Source: Felis catus (taxonomy: Eukaryota). From it: a stretch of DNA of 64,000 bases. Each line of letters begins with the position of its first letter. The stretch's first letter is position 1. The position numbers and the translations under genes were made by a program. The stretch spans positions 96,970,001 through 97,034,000 of the forward strand of contig NC_058368.1 in the NCBI RefSeq assembly GCF_018350175.1, written 5' to 3'. Positions 1 to 13,558 of the stretch are shown here, in pieces. The notes beneath the pieces were generated by a model, which was not told the DNA's origin, made no database searches, and saw nothing but the letters and a program-made list of their open reading frames with translations.

Positions 1-460
1 AGGAAAAATGAATTGGCCCGTGAAAGGGCGGACCTACGCCGGCGGACTCCATCTTGTTCTGTGTCCTCCACCTTGAGTGACTATGTCCCAGACATGCCCC
101 CTTTCCGGGAAAATTGCAGAAACCTCAGACCACGCCTCCTCCCCTTGAGTAACCTCCCGCTCACCCGTTCAAACTTCCCGATCAAAACACACCCAGCGAC
201 CTGCGTAACAGGACTCCGACCTTCCCCAGCCAATCGGCCGAGGCCACAGCCATTACCTCACCAACTGCCCCTAGACCCCTATAAAACCTTTGTGCTTTTG
301 AAACTCGGTCTCTCTCCCCGGCATCTCACCTCTGCGTCTCACCTCTGCGTCGGTGCAGGTAGGGGATTGAGCTCGAACTAGCTCGAATAAAGGCTCTTTG
401 CTTTTGCATCGGACTCGGCTCCCTGGTGGTCTTTGGGCATCACAAATTCTGGACATAACA
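1..460 (+). mobile_element. Young ERV (class I/gammaretrovirus-like) LTR, 5' end probably left of the window; solo or 3' LTR
   Basis: CCAAT ~230, TATAAAA ~280, AATAAA ~386, U5 ending ...GGACATAACA at 460. About 23 CpG in 440 bp. No TGG-type PBS follows. The expected 5' inverted terminus (TGTTATG...) is absent, so the LTR likely starts upstream. Confidence 0.85.
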
Positions 461-569
461 GCGCAGTAGTCACAAATATCTAATATGCATGATAGTTAAA
501 TTTCTCATTTTAAGTAAATAACCTGCTATTCTGGCTTTCAGATGAGTCTCATGCATTTATTAGTGTGCG

Positions 570-1215
570 ATTGCAGTATCTCCATATCTATTTATTCTGG
601 GGCCCTGATATGACAAATTTCCTGGTCTTGCAAAGCCAACTCTAGCCCAATATAAAGGTACCAATAAAACGCAAGCTGGTAAGGGCTGACTTTGAACAAC
701 GTGATGCCTCCTACTCTGACCACACCTAAGTGGACCATGGATTTCTCCAAACCATAGCAGACTATAGAGAGCCTTGACATAAGAAGTCGGTGACAAAAAT
801 ACAGAATCTGTTAGCTTTTCCTTAGGAAAATTCGACATAACTTCCAAGAGTCAAGAGACATCAGGATGGATAACAGTGGAAAGATACAGAGAGAATGCAG
901 TAGATAGAAGCCAAGAGGCCAGAAAGACAATATGGCAGCAGAAGTCATAAGACAGTAGAACCCATTAGGTAGAGAGAACTGAGAGGTGTTGGTCCATAGT
1001 GACTGGCAGAGACAAAGTTGAAGAGACATCTTAAATGGAGAGCATGCCTGCAGCTGCTGTAGCCTGCTCAATGTCCTGGTTCTGCTTGGGGCTCACCTGT
1101 AGTTGCAGAAATAATTCCTTCCTCCTTTATTTCTGTAGCTGTCCTTTCTAAAATGTCTACTGTGTGAGATACATTAGTGGTGTTATATTCCTTGCAACAA
1201 TGGAATAGCCCAACA
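570..1215 (+). mobile_element. Ancient ERVL-type LTR remnant (LTR16/LTR33-like)
   Basis: 3' end ...ttccttgcaacaa..tagcccaaca resembles ERVL LTR termini; heavily diverged, boundaries approximate. Confidence 0.35.
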
Positions 1216-1989
1216 TAATTTTTTTTTAGAAACTTTAAAATAGAGACTTCTTTGATCAGACCTCCAGATTTTCACAGGGCTGTTTTTAAAAGATGATAAA
1301 ATATTTTCCTATGTCTATGTGCTAATGTATTATCGAGAGAAACCCTTTTTGAACGAAAACTTCCTCAGTGTTTTTTCAACCAAGCCAACAGACATATGTT
1401 TACAAACCTATGAGCAAATAAATCAAAAAGTTCAGAGCTCACTATCTTTCACAAACAGAAAATTATTGCTTGTCATATGTTCTCAAAACAAAGCAAAATA
1501 ATCCAATTGAATCATTTTCTAATCTGTGAGACAGAGAATTCATGATGTATTTTGTCACTGTTGATTTAATACAGTTTACATTTTTTTCCTGAGGTTCAGT
1601 AATGTGATCCAAGTGTAATAATTTAGCTCAATTTATTCCTGCCCTTACATAAAACTGTTCTATTCTCATTTCTGTCACCAATTGAATCTCTTATCTCCAG
1701 CTGAAGAACACATTTTCCTTGAAAACTCAGTTCAAAATCCAATCTGAGACTAGCCCTGCACTGACCATTAGTCTCAACCCAAAATGTAGAAAGTCTCTCC
1801 AACTAAAATAAAATTAATAATTGGAAAGAAAAAAAAAAACGACCATTGGTGTAAGAAAACAGGCCTAATGGATACTAACTTAAGAGACTACACTCAATAG
1901 TACACAGACTGTATATGAAAATGTATTTTTCAAATTGGAGAAGCTCCCTTGCAATGCGTTTTATGAGAAAATAGAAAATTGGTGTACAG

Positions 1990-2560
1990 AGAATATCACT
2001 GTGGATTAGAGTTCAAGTGGAGAAACACCTTAGTGAATATGAGTGTTGGGTTGGGCTTTGCCTGGCAGGTGGGATCAGAATGGCAGAGCAGAGGGGGGAC
2101 TATCTCAGGCCATGGGAATGGAGTCAGGAGAAGTGTTTATCCAGATACAGGATCAGGATGGGGAAAGCATGGAAACAGAGCAGGGGAGGCAGTGGGGTAC
2201 TGGTGAGGGATCTAGAATACAAGGCATGACTGAGCCCACAACAAATGTAGACCCTATGCAGGAAATATCCTTTAAAAAGTGGTTTCAGGAAGAGAGAAAC
2301 TGCTAGCAGCAGGACCTGCTAGGGGACTGTGATAATCTAAGTGCAATACGACAAGTTATTAGACAAGTGTTCTAGTTGGTCCAGTAGGAATATGGCAAAG
2401 GGCAAATTAAACAGGCATATTAAGTGAATGATTGGGAACTAATGGGATGGCTGTGAACAGTATTAAAGTTTAACCAGCCTCTTTGGACTGTGTCATCAGA
2501 ATCTGAAAGCGAGGGTAGAAAAGAGGGAGGTGATGTGTTGGGGATGAGGAAACCAGAGTT
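1990..2560 (-). mobile_element. Degraded L2 fragment
   Basis: Purine-rich tract resembling antisense L2 3' region; boundaries approximate. Confidence 0.35.
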
Positions 2561-2832
2561 TCAAAATAATCAGAGGGTTAGCTTGGTGGGACTGGACATA
2601 AGAGAGGAGAACGGTGTGTCACTTGTCCTGCCTGCCTGGTAAGTGATGACCTCACGAACTCAGAACAACTCGGGTGTGCTCACTGAAGGCCACATACAAA
2701 TGCATATGTTGTTGGGGAACCTAGTAAGGTGCAGACGTCCGTGCCGCCAATCAGTTAGCAACCTATAAAAATTGTTTCGAAAATAGAAGGAAATGTTCTT
2801 GCCAAAGTCATGTGTTAGCATGGTAATGAAAC

Positions 2833-3048
2833 TTTTGTTTTAAGTTTGTTTATTTCTTTATTTTGAGAGACACAGAGAGCACAAGTTGGGGGAGGAGCAG
2901 AGAGAGAGAAAGAGAGAGAATCCCAAGCAGGCTCCATGTTGCCAGCGCAGAGCCCGTCGCAGGACTTGAGCTCATGAAATCGTGAGATCATGACCTGAGC
3001 AACAACCAAGAGTGGGACGCTTAACCGACCCAGCCACCCAGGCACCCC
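2833..3048 (-). mobile_element. Can-SINE (SINEC)
   Basis: T-rich tail, (GA)n, head ends ...cccaggcacccc; imperfect TSD tgaaactttt. Confidence 0.95.
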
Positions 3049-3804
3049 AAAATTGAAACTTTTTAATAATAGTGGACACATGCATCCCATACATGTGCCC
3101 CAATTAATAATACTGCATTTGTAAAGACACGCAAATCTCTGGTTTAAACAAGGTACTCCGACTCTCCTTTTGGAAACTCGGGTTAACATTTACCCTTGTT
3201 TTAGGCTGTTAGTTTCTCTGAGGCAAACATCCCATTCAATCCATCATCCTCTCCCCAAACACTCCCATCTTCTCGGATCTGCTTGGCTTCAGGCCCCGAC
3301 ACCCCCTTAGTCTTGGAAACTGGGACCTCTGTGCTCACCTGTGTGTTTGATCTTATACCAGACTCTGGATCCAGTACTGTCATAAAAGCAGATAGAATTT
3401 AAAGGGCTCCAAGCTAATAATGCTGTGGCTCAGTGCTTCACCTCAGCTGTGTGGGCCTTTTTATTTTGACTTCATATGCAGAGAACACTTGAGTGAGAAG
3501 ACACTGGCTTTCTTCTGTGGGACTCAGCCACCCAAGTCAGGCCATTTGGTCTGAGGTTTTGCCTTCCCCTTCCCTGGTGAAATTCTTTAGAGCTGCAGGT
3601 CCAGTCCTGGCCACAGATCCTTATATCTGGGTCCCCAGCTATTTTTGGTAAACTTGCACTGATGAGTCCCAAATACGGATTCCACACAGACATAGGAAAT
3701 AGTGCCCTTTCTGAAGGTAGTATTCAAACAAGATTGTCTTCTTCTTAGTTTCAAATTCATCTTTTAAATTAAGCTTTATTTAATCTAGTATCAAAACTCC
3801 ATGA

Positions 3805-4007
3805 GGGGCACCTGGGTGGCTCAGTCAGTTAAGCGTCTGACTTTGGCTCAGGTCATGATTTCACAGCTCGTGAGTTCAAGCCCCACATCAGGCTCACAGA
3901 GCCTCCTTCAGATCTTCTGTCTCCCTCTCTTTCTGCCTCTTCCCTGCTTGCTCTTACACACATGCACGCTCTCTCTCTCTCTCTCTTAAAAATAAATATT
4001 AAAAAAA
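3805..4007 (+). mobile_element. Can-SINE (SINEC) with small internal deletion
   Basis: ggggcacctgggtggctcagtcagttaagcg head, (CT)n, AATAAA, A tail. Confidence 0.95.
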
Positions 4008-4026
4008 CCCTGAGTCCAAAAACAGT

Positions 4027-4037
4027 ATGTATGTGTT

Positions 4038-4066
<29 letters not shown>
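4027..4066. repeat. (TG)n microsatellite
   Basis: Direct reading. Confidence 0.9.
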
Positions 4067-4068
<2 letters not shown>

Positions 4069-4313
4069 TCACAGTATATATAATATATACACATTATAGG
4101 ACTATGTAAGTTAATCATTGTCTTTCAGAACTGAAAGTATAAACACGAGCCTCCAAATATCTGAAAACCGTTTTCTTTTTTATAATTCACTGTTTCACAC
4201 CCTAAAAGACTTCAATATGACTAATCCTAAGAAATCTTCTTTTGATTAAGTAAATCAAATGTGAATGTCTTCACCATGAAAAAGATCATCCTACAAAATC
4301 TATCTGTGAGAAG

Positions 4314-4903
4314 TGATGTGGGCAACAAAGGCAAAAGAAAAAAAAAATTAAATTCCCTTACTGCCTACAGCCCACTGACAAGTCCTTGAAACTGGCAGAA
4401 TGACCTAGGAGCTCAGCTGCCTTGATGATGACACTTTGCTGGGGGCAAATGGCAATCTTAGCTTAACGTTATCCCGACCTCCAGGATCCTGTGAGTCTAC
4501 TGTAACATTTAAATATTCCTTTGGAAACTTCCTTTATCTCTATCCCTCCAAGATATATGCTGGCAATCATACCCCAAGCATATGGCCCCCTGATACACAT
4601 CTGAAGGGTCTCATGACTGAGGTTTTACTAAACAGTAATAAATGACCTTTTCCTAACAACAGCTAGCCCCCCTAAAGGTCCTAGAAACTTTGCTTCCAAA
4701 CTCCTTAGAGACTTACTGCTAGCCCTAACCCCCTCCCAACCTGAAGGTATATAATCAATCACCTGTCTCAATCCTAGAGCAGCTCTCACTGCCCACGGGT
4801 CCTGTCCTGTGCTTTAATAAAACCACCTTTTTTAGACGGAAGATGTCTCCAGAATTCTTTCTTGGCCAGGGGCTCTGAACTGTACCCCAACATTTCCACA
4901 TCA
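4314..4903 (+). mobile_element. Complete solo ERV LTR (carnivore LTR family)
   Basis: Terminal inverted repeats TGATGTGG...CCACATCA; 5-bp TSD AGAAG (4309-4313, 4904-4908); TATATAA ~4748; AATAAA ~4816. Confidence 0.9.
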
Positions 4904-5942
4904 AGAAGTTGGATGCCTTAGATATTACAACCACTCTCCTTAAGGGAAGCTATTTTTTGATCTGTAAAAAATATCCTCGGCAAAGAAAACCTATCAAAAG
5001 TCAATGAATCCAGCTCAATGTTTTGTTTCCACTGCTAAATCAAAGCTAGAGTAGAGACATTCTTTATGCGTATGATTATATGGGCAATCTACACTCAGGT
5101 AAGAGCTGAGTCACAATTTGTGAAGGTTTTATGTTTAAGCTAGCTTTGATTTTCTTTTGCTTTGTTTCGATCCTCTCGTTGTTTGTTGGGGGAGGGGGCT
5201 GAGGGTTAGTGTTTACATTGCCCAGGTGGGTCCAGGCTTCCCTCTGTTTTGCCAAAAAGCCACAGAGTAAGATCAGGGGAAGTGGGCTTGCTGTCTTCAC
5301 AGAGTGATGCCCACCTGCCTGAAGCTCTTCCCATCTACCAGTCTTCATTGGTTGAGGAGCTGAGGAGTCCCCTTGCCCCCAACTCATCAAGGCCCAAGCA
5401 GCTGACTGTCCTCCAGCACCACATCCCATCCTCCCACTGAGCCCACAACAACATACAGGCAGAGCAGTTTTTTCACTGAGGCATCAGACATGCATCACAA
5501 AGCAAATCCAAAAAAGAATATTGAGAACCACCGCTCTCTTCCCAGCCCATTTTCTCAGGGCGACTCAAGGAGGACCCAAGAGGTTACAATTTGGGCCATG
5601 GGAGGTTGCCCCATGTGGATGCTTCTTCCCTTACTAATTCCCTCATCTTCCCAGCTGTCCCCCATCATCGACCCCCAGCCTGCCTATAAGCAACTGTCTC
5701 CCAGCCAGCATTCTACCTTCCTCCTCCAGAAAGTCCCACTCTCCACCATTTCAGCAGTGCCAGCCCCCCATTCCTAATTGTTTCTTACAAATTTGTGTGG
5801 CTTCAACTTCAGCCAGAAGTTTATGTAGGTTTTATTCTTCCTAAGGCTCCTGTTGGCTTCAAAGGGTGGCTGAGCTCTTGTACTGTAAATGTGTGGACGG
5901 AAATAGTATATAGCCTGATTTTGGTTAACTCTATGAATAAAG

Positions 5943-6475
5943 TGAAAGACTAAATATACAAATAGACAATGGCCAGACCACACAGCAAAACAGAACTCTG
6001 ACCCACCATCTGTAGCAACCGCCAACCCATTATCTGTAGTAACCAGCGTAGGAAGCCAGCCTACTATGTCAGACCTGGAGGAAGTCAGACCACTTTTTCT
6101 AGCAACAAACCTAGGAAGGCAAACAATAATTCATGTAACATTCAACCCCATATAGCCAGAACTTGATTAATAACTGATGAATTTTTACATTTTTGTGCCC
6201 GCACCCAACTTAGGGCCAACGAGAGAAAGCCAAATATGTACCCCTAATCAATGGGTACCAATCACAAAGTACCGGTTTCCAGTTAGCCCGCCTGTACCTT
6301 CTCTCCAAGCAGGGCATATATGAAGCCTTCCATTTTTTCCACTGTAATGTTTCCCCAGTCCTCTGGCTGCCTTTGACACTGAGAAAACAAAAGTGAGGGT
6401 GGCTGACAACCTTGCAAGCTCTGAATAAATAGCCTTTGCTCCTTGTCATTTGGTTGATCTTTGTTTATTTCCATA
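5943..6475 (+). mobile_element. Old ERV1-class solo LTR (MER90/MER110-like)
   Basis: TG start, characteristic 'aatggccagacc..agaactctgaccc' and 'acttgattaataactga' blocks, AATAAA ~6424, near-TSD aaag/gaag. Confidence 0.7.
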
Positions 6476-9114
6476 GAAGCCTGGTGCTAAGTTCCTCCAT
6501 GACTAAAGGCAAGCACATCTCATCACAGTAGGAATTCGTTAGTTACCAGTTAATTAATTGATTCATTATCCTAGGGAGGTTCAGTTTACTGGTCTCACAT
6601 GAAGGAAACATGTTAAGACAATTTTAAAAGCTGCTCCTTGAAACCTTTGAGAAATACCTGACATCATTTTACTAAAGGAACATTTGACTCCTACTTGTTC
6701 CTGCTTTTATTACCAGAAGCCCGCATGTTAACTAAGAATGGCTCTGCCTGAGTCGACCAGAATGGATGGCACAGTTTCCCAAAAGATTATTTAGGATCCT
6801 AATGGGGTGGGGTGGGTGGGTAGGGGAAGTGTCGTTTCCTTCCACCTCACTACATTTAATTTACTTTTCCCCAATTTGAAAGCAAAAGGCTTTTCAAAGA
6901 GTCATACAACCCAGTGTAAGAGAGGAGATACAAGGAACATCTTTGGAAAGTGCAGGAGGAGGAGACAGACCCAAAGACAACAAGCCTTTACCTGGAACAG
7001 AGCTCTCACACCAAGAGATTGTTTAATCATTTACATCCATTCATTACCATGGAACAGTGCAGGAGTGGGGACAAGATGCAAACATTTCAAGCGTTTCTTT
7101 AATTTGTTGAAACCATTTGGCAACCCAGGAAGTAAGAGACCAAAAGATTTACAAGGGACTGCTTGGAACGTTTACAGATTTAAACAGAAAGTTGTAAATC
7201 TGTAATTTATTTAAGTTATATGTGGAGGTAGGAGCCCCAGATTAAGAATAAATTTTACTACCACAGTGATATAGTGTCTGGAAAACTGGTTGGGAAAGCC
7301 TACAAACTACGCATTTGCATTGGAAATTGAGGAAAGTCCTAAAGACAAACTCCCAAACACACAAAAAGTATCCCAAAAGCGGAAATAAGAGTTACAGGCT
7401 TTACCCAATAGCAACCCTCCAGTCACTGAAAGAGAAGCAACGAGGTTAGATTAATCAGCTCTGTCCTAGCCCCTCGTGCCACTACAGCAGAGTGGCAAGT
7501 TAATAGTGAATCAGCTTTTGAACCCTCAAAAATTCCTTGAGAGACTTCAAGAAGTGTGACTAATATTATCAGGAGAGAAACTTTCTTGTCACTTCCTCAC
7601 AGCCCAGGGTGGGGAGGGTTCTGCACCTCGTGAATGTGGTCAGAGCAGGACCAGAAGCAACCAGGAAGCACGGCCCTCCCCACAGCAGATGCACAACCAC
7701 GGCATTCACGTTCCCCAGGGACCCCACACTAAGCACTTCAGGAGCAGCAAAGGGCACTGGGATAACTGGAGACAATGCCCTTGGCCTGAGCATCATCACC
7801 CTTGCTGTCAATGGTGGATAACCATGGATGTACGGGGTTTCCCAGAAAGCAGAGGCTACAGAGAAGGATTAGTCATCCACTCACACTACTTAGACAAATG
7901 CATGAGTAAGAATTACAGTAATAAATGCAGAAAACTTCAAGGGGGACTAGAATCCCCAAATAGAAGATAAAGATGAGACCCAAAACAACAGTACTTACCA
8001 CCATTCACGTCAATCCCCATCTTTCTTTAGGGACAATATGTAGTTTGAGGAAACACAAGTTACAGACAGTGTATAATTTTGTTTCCAGGGGTGAGATTTC
8101 GAAGTTTTTCTAAATGATGTGTTTCCTATTTTTCTCCCCTCCCTTCACCACCACCTGGAATCGAGATGCCTGGCAGCCTCTCTGCCATCATGAGCCCAAT
8201 GAAATGTCCTTCCAGACGGGAAGAGGAAACAAAGGAAAACCTCTATGGAAAGTGGAGGGAGAGGAGGTAAGGAGGGAGAGATGGCTAGACAGAAATTTTC
8301 TACCTCCAGCCCTCGGTGAGAATTCTAGAAGGCAGTGGTGAGAGTGAGGTGAGGGGAATACAAGGACGTCCAGGTGATGGATGGCCTTCTCAGAGGTAGC
8401 CTGGAAAACCTGTAACCTTCTAGGAGTAGCTCGGCACGTAGCTCCGTGCCACATCTACCGTGCACGGAAGTGAAGCAGCCCTGGCAGGAGGAAGTGGGAA
8501 AGCAGGTGAGTCTGAGGTTCTTCTGGCTTTCCTCCATCTTCACCCGGCTTTGAGGGCTCACGGAGTGCCGTGTGAAGAGAAGCAGAGGCACTGAGTGAAC
8601 TGCTGGGCTGGCAAGAGGCATGGAGTCCCATCGGGCTGCAGCATGCAGGGATTTCTTGATCAAAACAAAATGGCCAAGGGCACAGGCTTCAGCAGCCAGC
8701 AACAGGACACATTTCCAAGAGTCCAGGTGGGGTCAGATGTCCCTCAGGGCACTCTAGGCTGATCGGAACAGAGAAGATACAGAGGATGCCTGGCAGACAA
8801 GGAGGCTCCCTGCCCCAACACTAGTGGGTGACATCAGGCCCTCCTCCATACGGCAAGTTGCCATCTCAGAAAGAAGCTGAGGAGTGAGAGAAAACACAAG
8901 AACTGAGCATTTACCTGAAAGAGAATGCCGGACAGGACATCTTTAAGGAGTCAGGGATTCATTTGCAACTTGACAATTGCTCTTTTCTACCCTATATATA
9001 CCCAAGGAGACGACTCTCATGAGGAAATCATATCAATTGCAGGAAAGACAACATTCCATCTTATTTTCACATCCAACTTGACCTGCTACATTTCTAAGAT
9101 TCTCCCCAAATATT

Positions 9115-9164
9115 ACATATATATACATACATATACACATATGTATACTACATATATATAAATA

Positions 9165-9210
<46 letters not shown>
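9115..9210. repeat. Compound (TA)n/(CA)n microsatellite
   Basis: Direct reading. Confidence 0.9.
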
Positions 9211-9211
<1 letters not shown>

Positions 9212-10739
9212 CTTCAATATTATAGTTTATGAGAGAAAATGCAATGGGCATAGAGGGAAAGAAAGTTCATGGGACATGTAAGGATGAAGACCCGTTTGGA
9301 AATTTCCTTTGTTTGGTCTGAGGATGGCCAGTGGATGTGGCAAGAAGTTGAAGGTGAGAGTTTACAGAATCCTGGGGAGAAAGCACACTGAGGTGGGTGA
9401 ACACAGTCCAGAGTGTCAAAGAGAGGACCAAGGGTGTGAGTGAATCGCACAATGGTACCGCGGGAGCTGTCAGCATCAATTATAACAAATCTATAACTGA
9501 AGGAGATATCGACATTTTCAAAAATGTGCTTCCAATGTTGTGATGAATCTGTCTACGCCTAAGCCTTCAAAAGACAGCAAGAAATATGGTGAGGCATTTT
9601 TTCCATACACTGCATACTAAGCTTTAAAATTCAGTATTACTGCCGAATCATATTTTATTGACTCCTGTGGAACTTGAGGTATATGAGTTGTATAAAAACA
9701 TGGAATCATGACAGAGAGATCATTCTGACTCTAACTTATTACAGATGCTGTATGGAGTTATTTACAATAAAGAAGGTGTTTGTTTCCAGTAAGAGCCTAG
9801 AATTTTGTTAATGCTATTTTCACGATATTGCACTGGCTTGGCTGTAGGACAGAGGTGAATTACAAAGAGGTTGTCTTTGGAAGGCTACCACAGAGGTCTG
9901 AAAAAGTTCTTCAAAAATAGCCCCTACAAATAATATGCCAAAGCCCCAAAGTTCACACTTTAGTCTATATTTTTCTTAAATATTGATGTTCTTACATTTC
10001 CTAGCTTAAATCAATGCTGGATTCATTCCTTGCTGCGCAGCAATTCTGAGCATTTGAGACAAAATGGCGGGCAGGCCCTGAGAATGGCATTTGCATGAGG
10101 AGCTCCCAAAGGCAGAATGAGTCAGGCAAATAAGCCTGGACCAGAGACAGACTTCAATCAAAGGAGAGGCTTGAGGATTCTGAGTATAATCCAGGACCAC
10201 TTGGCTTTTCCCTTCATCCCAAGAAGGGAAAGACTAGACATAAAAGTTAAAGATAAATCGTGGTAAAGACCCTCAAACCAGAACTCATTAGAAGCCATCT
10301 AATTGTAATAACAGTTTCACAGAAGAGAGTAACGCATTCTCTGTGACACAGTGCCTGGAATCACTGAAATTCTAGAGAAGACATAGCAGCCTTGGACCCT
10401 CAAGGGCTCCAGTGCATCAGCAGAAGGTGAACACCATGGACCCCAGCAAAGGAGCAATGATGTGCAGGCTGAGCCTCAGTGCCAGACACAGGAGGCAGTC
10501 ACTACTCAGAGCAAGAAGAGGTTATCCAACAGAGAGGACATCAGTGTCCTGCAAAGGTATCAGGACCCAGAGGAAACCCTGTGACTTATTTATAAACACA
10601 ACTGAAATGTCTTGAGGACTTCCAGATACAATTACTTGAGAAAGTGAAAAGGATATTGCAGGAGGTAGAGTTCCTGAATTGGCAGACAGACAGACACGAT
10701 ACATGTCAAGGAACATTCACACAACCATTCTCAGAGTTC

Positions 10740-10946
10740 CAAGGATTCTTAAACTGGGTTCCAGGACTCCTAAACAATCCAAAGAAGGATTTAGGGAATA
10801 AACGCTTTCAAATTTTTATAAGTAAATCCACAAGTTTTCAAAATTCTATGTGTGTGCCTTTATGGCTATTGTTTCAGGGGAAATGTTCATAATATTCATC
10901 ATATTGTCAAAGGAGCATGTGACCCCAAGAAAGTTAAGAAACTTCT
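10740..10946. mobile_element. hAT-Charlie-type MITE relic
   Basis: Degenerate TIRs caaggattcttaa...ttaagaaactt and internal 'tcaaaggagcatgtgacccc' block typical of old eutherian hAT MITEs. Confidence 0.55.
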
Positions 10947-11109
10947 TGCTGCATCTCAAATATACATCTCATTTCTCAGGAGTCATGGAGATGGTAAAGG
11001 CCTCTGTTGTCCACTCTGAGAACTTTAGAGTTGCTTTCAAAGATCTATGATCAAGAATATTCTGTATCTCCAGAATCTCTGCTCTTGCAATGTCAGAAAC
11101 TCCCATCCA

Positions 11110-11209
11110 GGGGCACTGGGTGGCTCAGTCGGTTAAGCATCCGACTCTAGATTTCGACTCAGGTCATGATCCCATAGCTAACAGTGCAGAGCCTGCTCAG
11201 GACTCTCTG

Positions 11210-11251
<42 letters not shown>

Positions 11252-11315
11252 CTTACCCAGCTCACACTCTCCCTCACAAAAATAAATAAATAAATATTTA
11301 AAAAAGGAAAAGAAA
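11110..11315 (+). mobile_element. Can-SINE (SINEC)
   Basis: Head, (CT)n and tail; 14-bp TSD agaaactcccatcc (11095-11108, 11316-11329). Confidence 0.95.
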
Positions 11316-12799
11316 AGAAACTCCCATCCCAGTGATGGGGCCACACTTTCTCTCCTTCCTCCCCCTAGTCTGGTAGCATGGGGCCCAAAAGAATTTGAAT
11401 GGATCCCAAATGACAATAAATGCTAGTGACAAAAACACAGCCCATGTTTGCATTCTTTCTGAACGTTTCATATGAGTTTTCCCCCCAGTGAAAATAGTGG
11501 AAACCATAGTTTCATTTTCTATAGGCACAATTCATGTGCCTTGGACCTAAAATGAGAAGAATAAAAGCTCAAGACTATGGTTAAACATCATATGATTAAA
11601 GGACCCTTTTTCTTCTCTTTTTAATGACCACATTCCAACTCATTTCAGCACTGTTAAGTTGGAGTATTATAAGGATAAATCCAATTAAATACACAAGAGT
11701 TACCAGTATGAACCTTAGTCTAGCACCATTGACCTTGTAGGTGTCTCAGTTCTGTTCTGATAATTGCCAAGAGAACAAATTATAAATATAGGCTGCTACC
11801 ACTGTAAGTAAAATGCACTGCAAAAGCAGTTAATTCTGAGATAAATTGCCTAAGGAATCCACCAGATCCCCCATCGTCTTTCCATTGTGTTTACTAATCA
11901 AGATTCTAACATAAGCACTAAATCAAAATTTCTAGTTTCCAGAGACCTCTCAGAACTTTAAACAGTGCCTTAAAATGCATTTCACTATGCACATTAAAAC
12001 CTAAAGGAGAATCGATCACTTCAAAAATTATTACCCTGTGATCTATGGTGCTGAGATAATCCAACAAATTTCGGTATTGCATAAAGACACATTTATACCA
12101 AAAAGGGGATTTTCAGAGGACATTTCTTCTGGTGAAACTAATTTTTTAAGTGACAATTATTACTTATTCTGGAGATGCTTAACCACTAATGGTGGGATAA
12201 TCTCATGATACAACTGCACATTTTTAGAAAGTTAAGCCAAAATTAATCAATCTATCTAATTTCTACTAAGGGGAGAAGAAATGTCCTCTGAAGACCACAT
12301 TTTCTTATGAGGCTATAAGTTTAAGACAGCAGTATAATTGGAAAGAAATTTATTAAAGGGCTGGAAATTATCCTCAAATTAAAACATTTACAGCCTAAAG
12401 CTGTAATTAGGGCAAAGGTAAAGGCAAGAGATTCTCAAAGCAATCTTGGCTGCTTCTGACTGCTCCTTGGATGCCTTCTTTGCTAATTCATTATCTTGAT
12501 TTCATTGTTAATTATGGGGGCTCCCCAAGGTTTGACAATGATTCTTTCACTTCTTTTTCTTTCCCTCTATTTTATTCATTAAGTTCCATGACTTTAACAA
12601 TTTACATAGAGATTGAGCTAACATTGACTGATGCCCCCTAAATGCTAAGCACTGTCAGGCACTTAAAGAGTTAACTGCTGATCTTATGCAAAGAGCTTAG
12701 TTCCTCTGATTATTTCTTTCCACTAAACATTCCACCTGACTGTGTTAGCTCTCTCAACAAGCAATGCTGAATGTGGGGCAGGAGGAAGACACCTGGGGG

Positions 12800-12895
12800 T
12801 CGCCGGGCAGGGTTCGAGTCCCAGCCCTGTCGTTAATTAGCTACGTGATCCTGAGCAAGTCGCTTGATCTCTCCCAGTCTCAGTAAAATAAAGAT
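12800..12895 (+). mobile_element. MIR fragment
   Basis: ggttcgagtcccagc..tagctacgtgatcctgagcaagtcgctt..ctcag matches the MIR 5'/core. Confidence 0.7.
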
Positions 12896-12907
12896 GTTAA
12901 ACTAGAC

Positions 12908-13200
12908 CAAAAGTTGCAACCTGGTGGTTATTTGGACAAATTCAGGCTTTAGACATATTTGCTTGGCCTGCATAATGATTTTTAAACGTGGAATGTTTGG
13001 TAAAATTCTGGATTTCTGGCTTCTCTTGAAAAAGTGGAAGATCTCAGCCTGATTCCTGTGATGGCAATAATTGGCTGCAGACAAGAAGTAGCTGCCCCTC
13101 CAGATTTTTCCCTACAATTCCCAGTATCCCCTACTGTGCTACAAGTATTCCCCTTAACCTATTGACTTTACATGACTTGCTTCTTAACCAGAGGGCTGAG
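12908..13200 (+). mobile_element. MER102-like hAT-Charlie DNA transposon relic
   Basis: 'ggatttctggcttctcttgaaaaagtggaagatct' and 'tggcaataattggctg..gtagctgcccc' match recalled MER102 consensus. Confidence 0.65.
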
Positions 13201-13558
13201 GTGATAACAAAAATGCACTGGTTTGACTTCCATAACTGGAGTTCATTATTTCAGGTCTTCTCCCACCTCATCCAGACCCATAAGCATAACACTTGAAATC
13301 TACCTCAAACTCTTCAGTGTTAAATAAACTCATATCTTTTACTGTGGGCTATCCATCTCTTTATAACTTCTGTTTGACCATTTTTGTCATAGCTGAGTCC
13401 CAAAGACTTTAGAAACTTGTTTTTAACTCCTTCCATAATTCACTCATAATCAAACGCCATTGACACCTTCTCAGAAATTGCAGGTCATTATATCCAAGGC
13501 CAATATTCTGAATAAGACTCTCCCTAACCAATTCATACACTGAAAATAAGAACACCAA

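Noticed and set aside
13..381. 122-aa ORF
   Set aside because: Lies inside the LTR U3/R; no gag/pol/env similarity.
8080..9050. Possible ancient Gypsy/ERVL-like LTR
   Set aside because: Only a short motif (ctgagcatttacctgaaagag) is suggestive; boundaries cannot be supported.
12805..12830. tRNA B-box GGTTCGAGTCCC
   Set aside because: Part of a MIR head; no cloverleaf.
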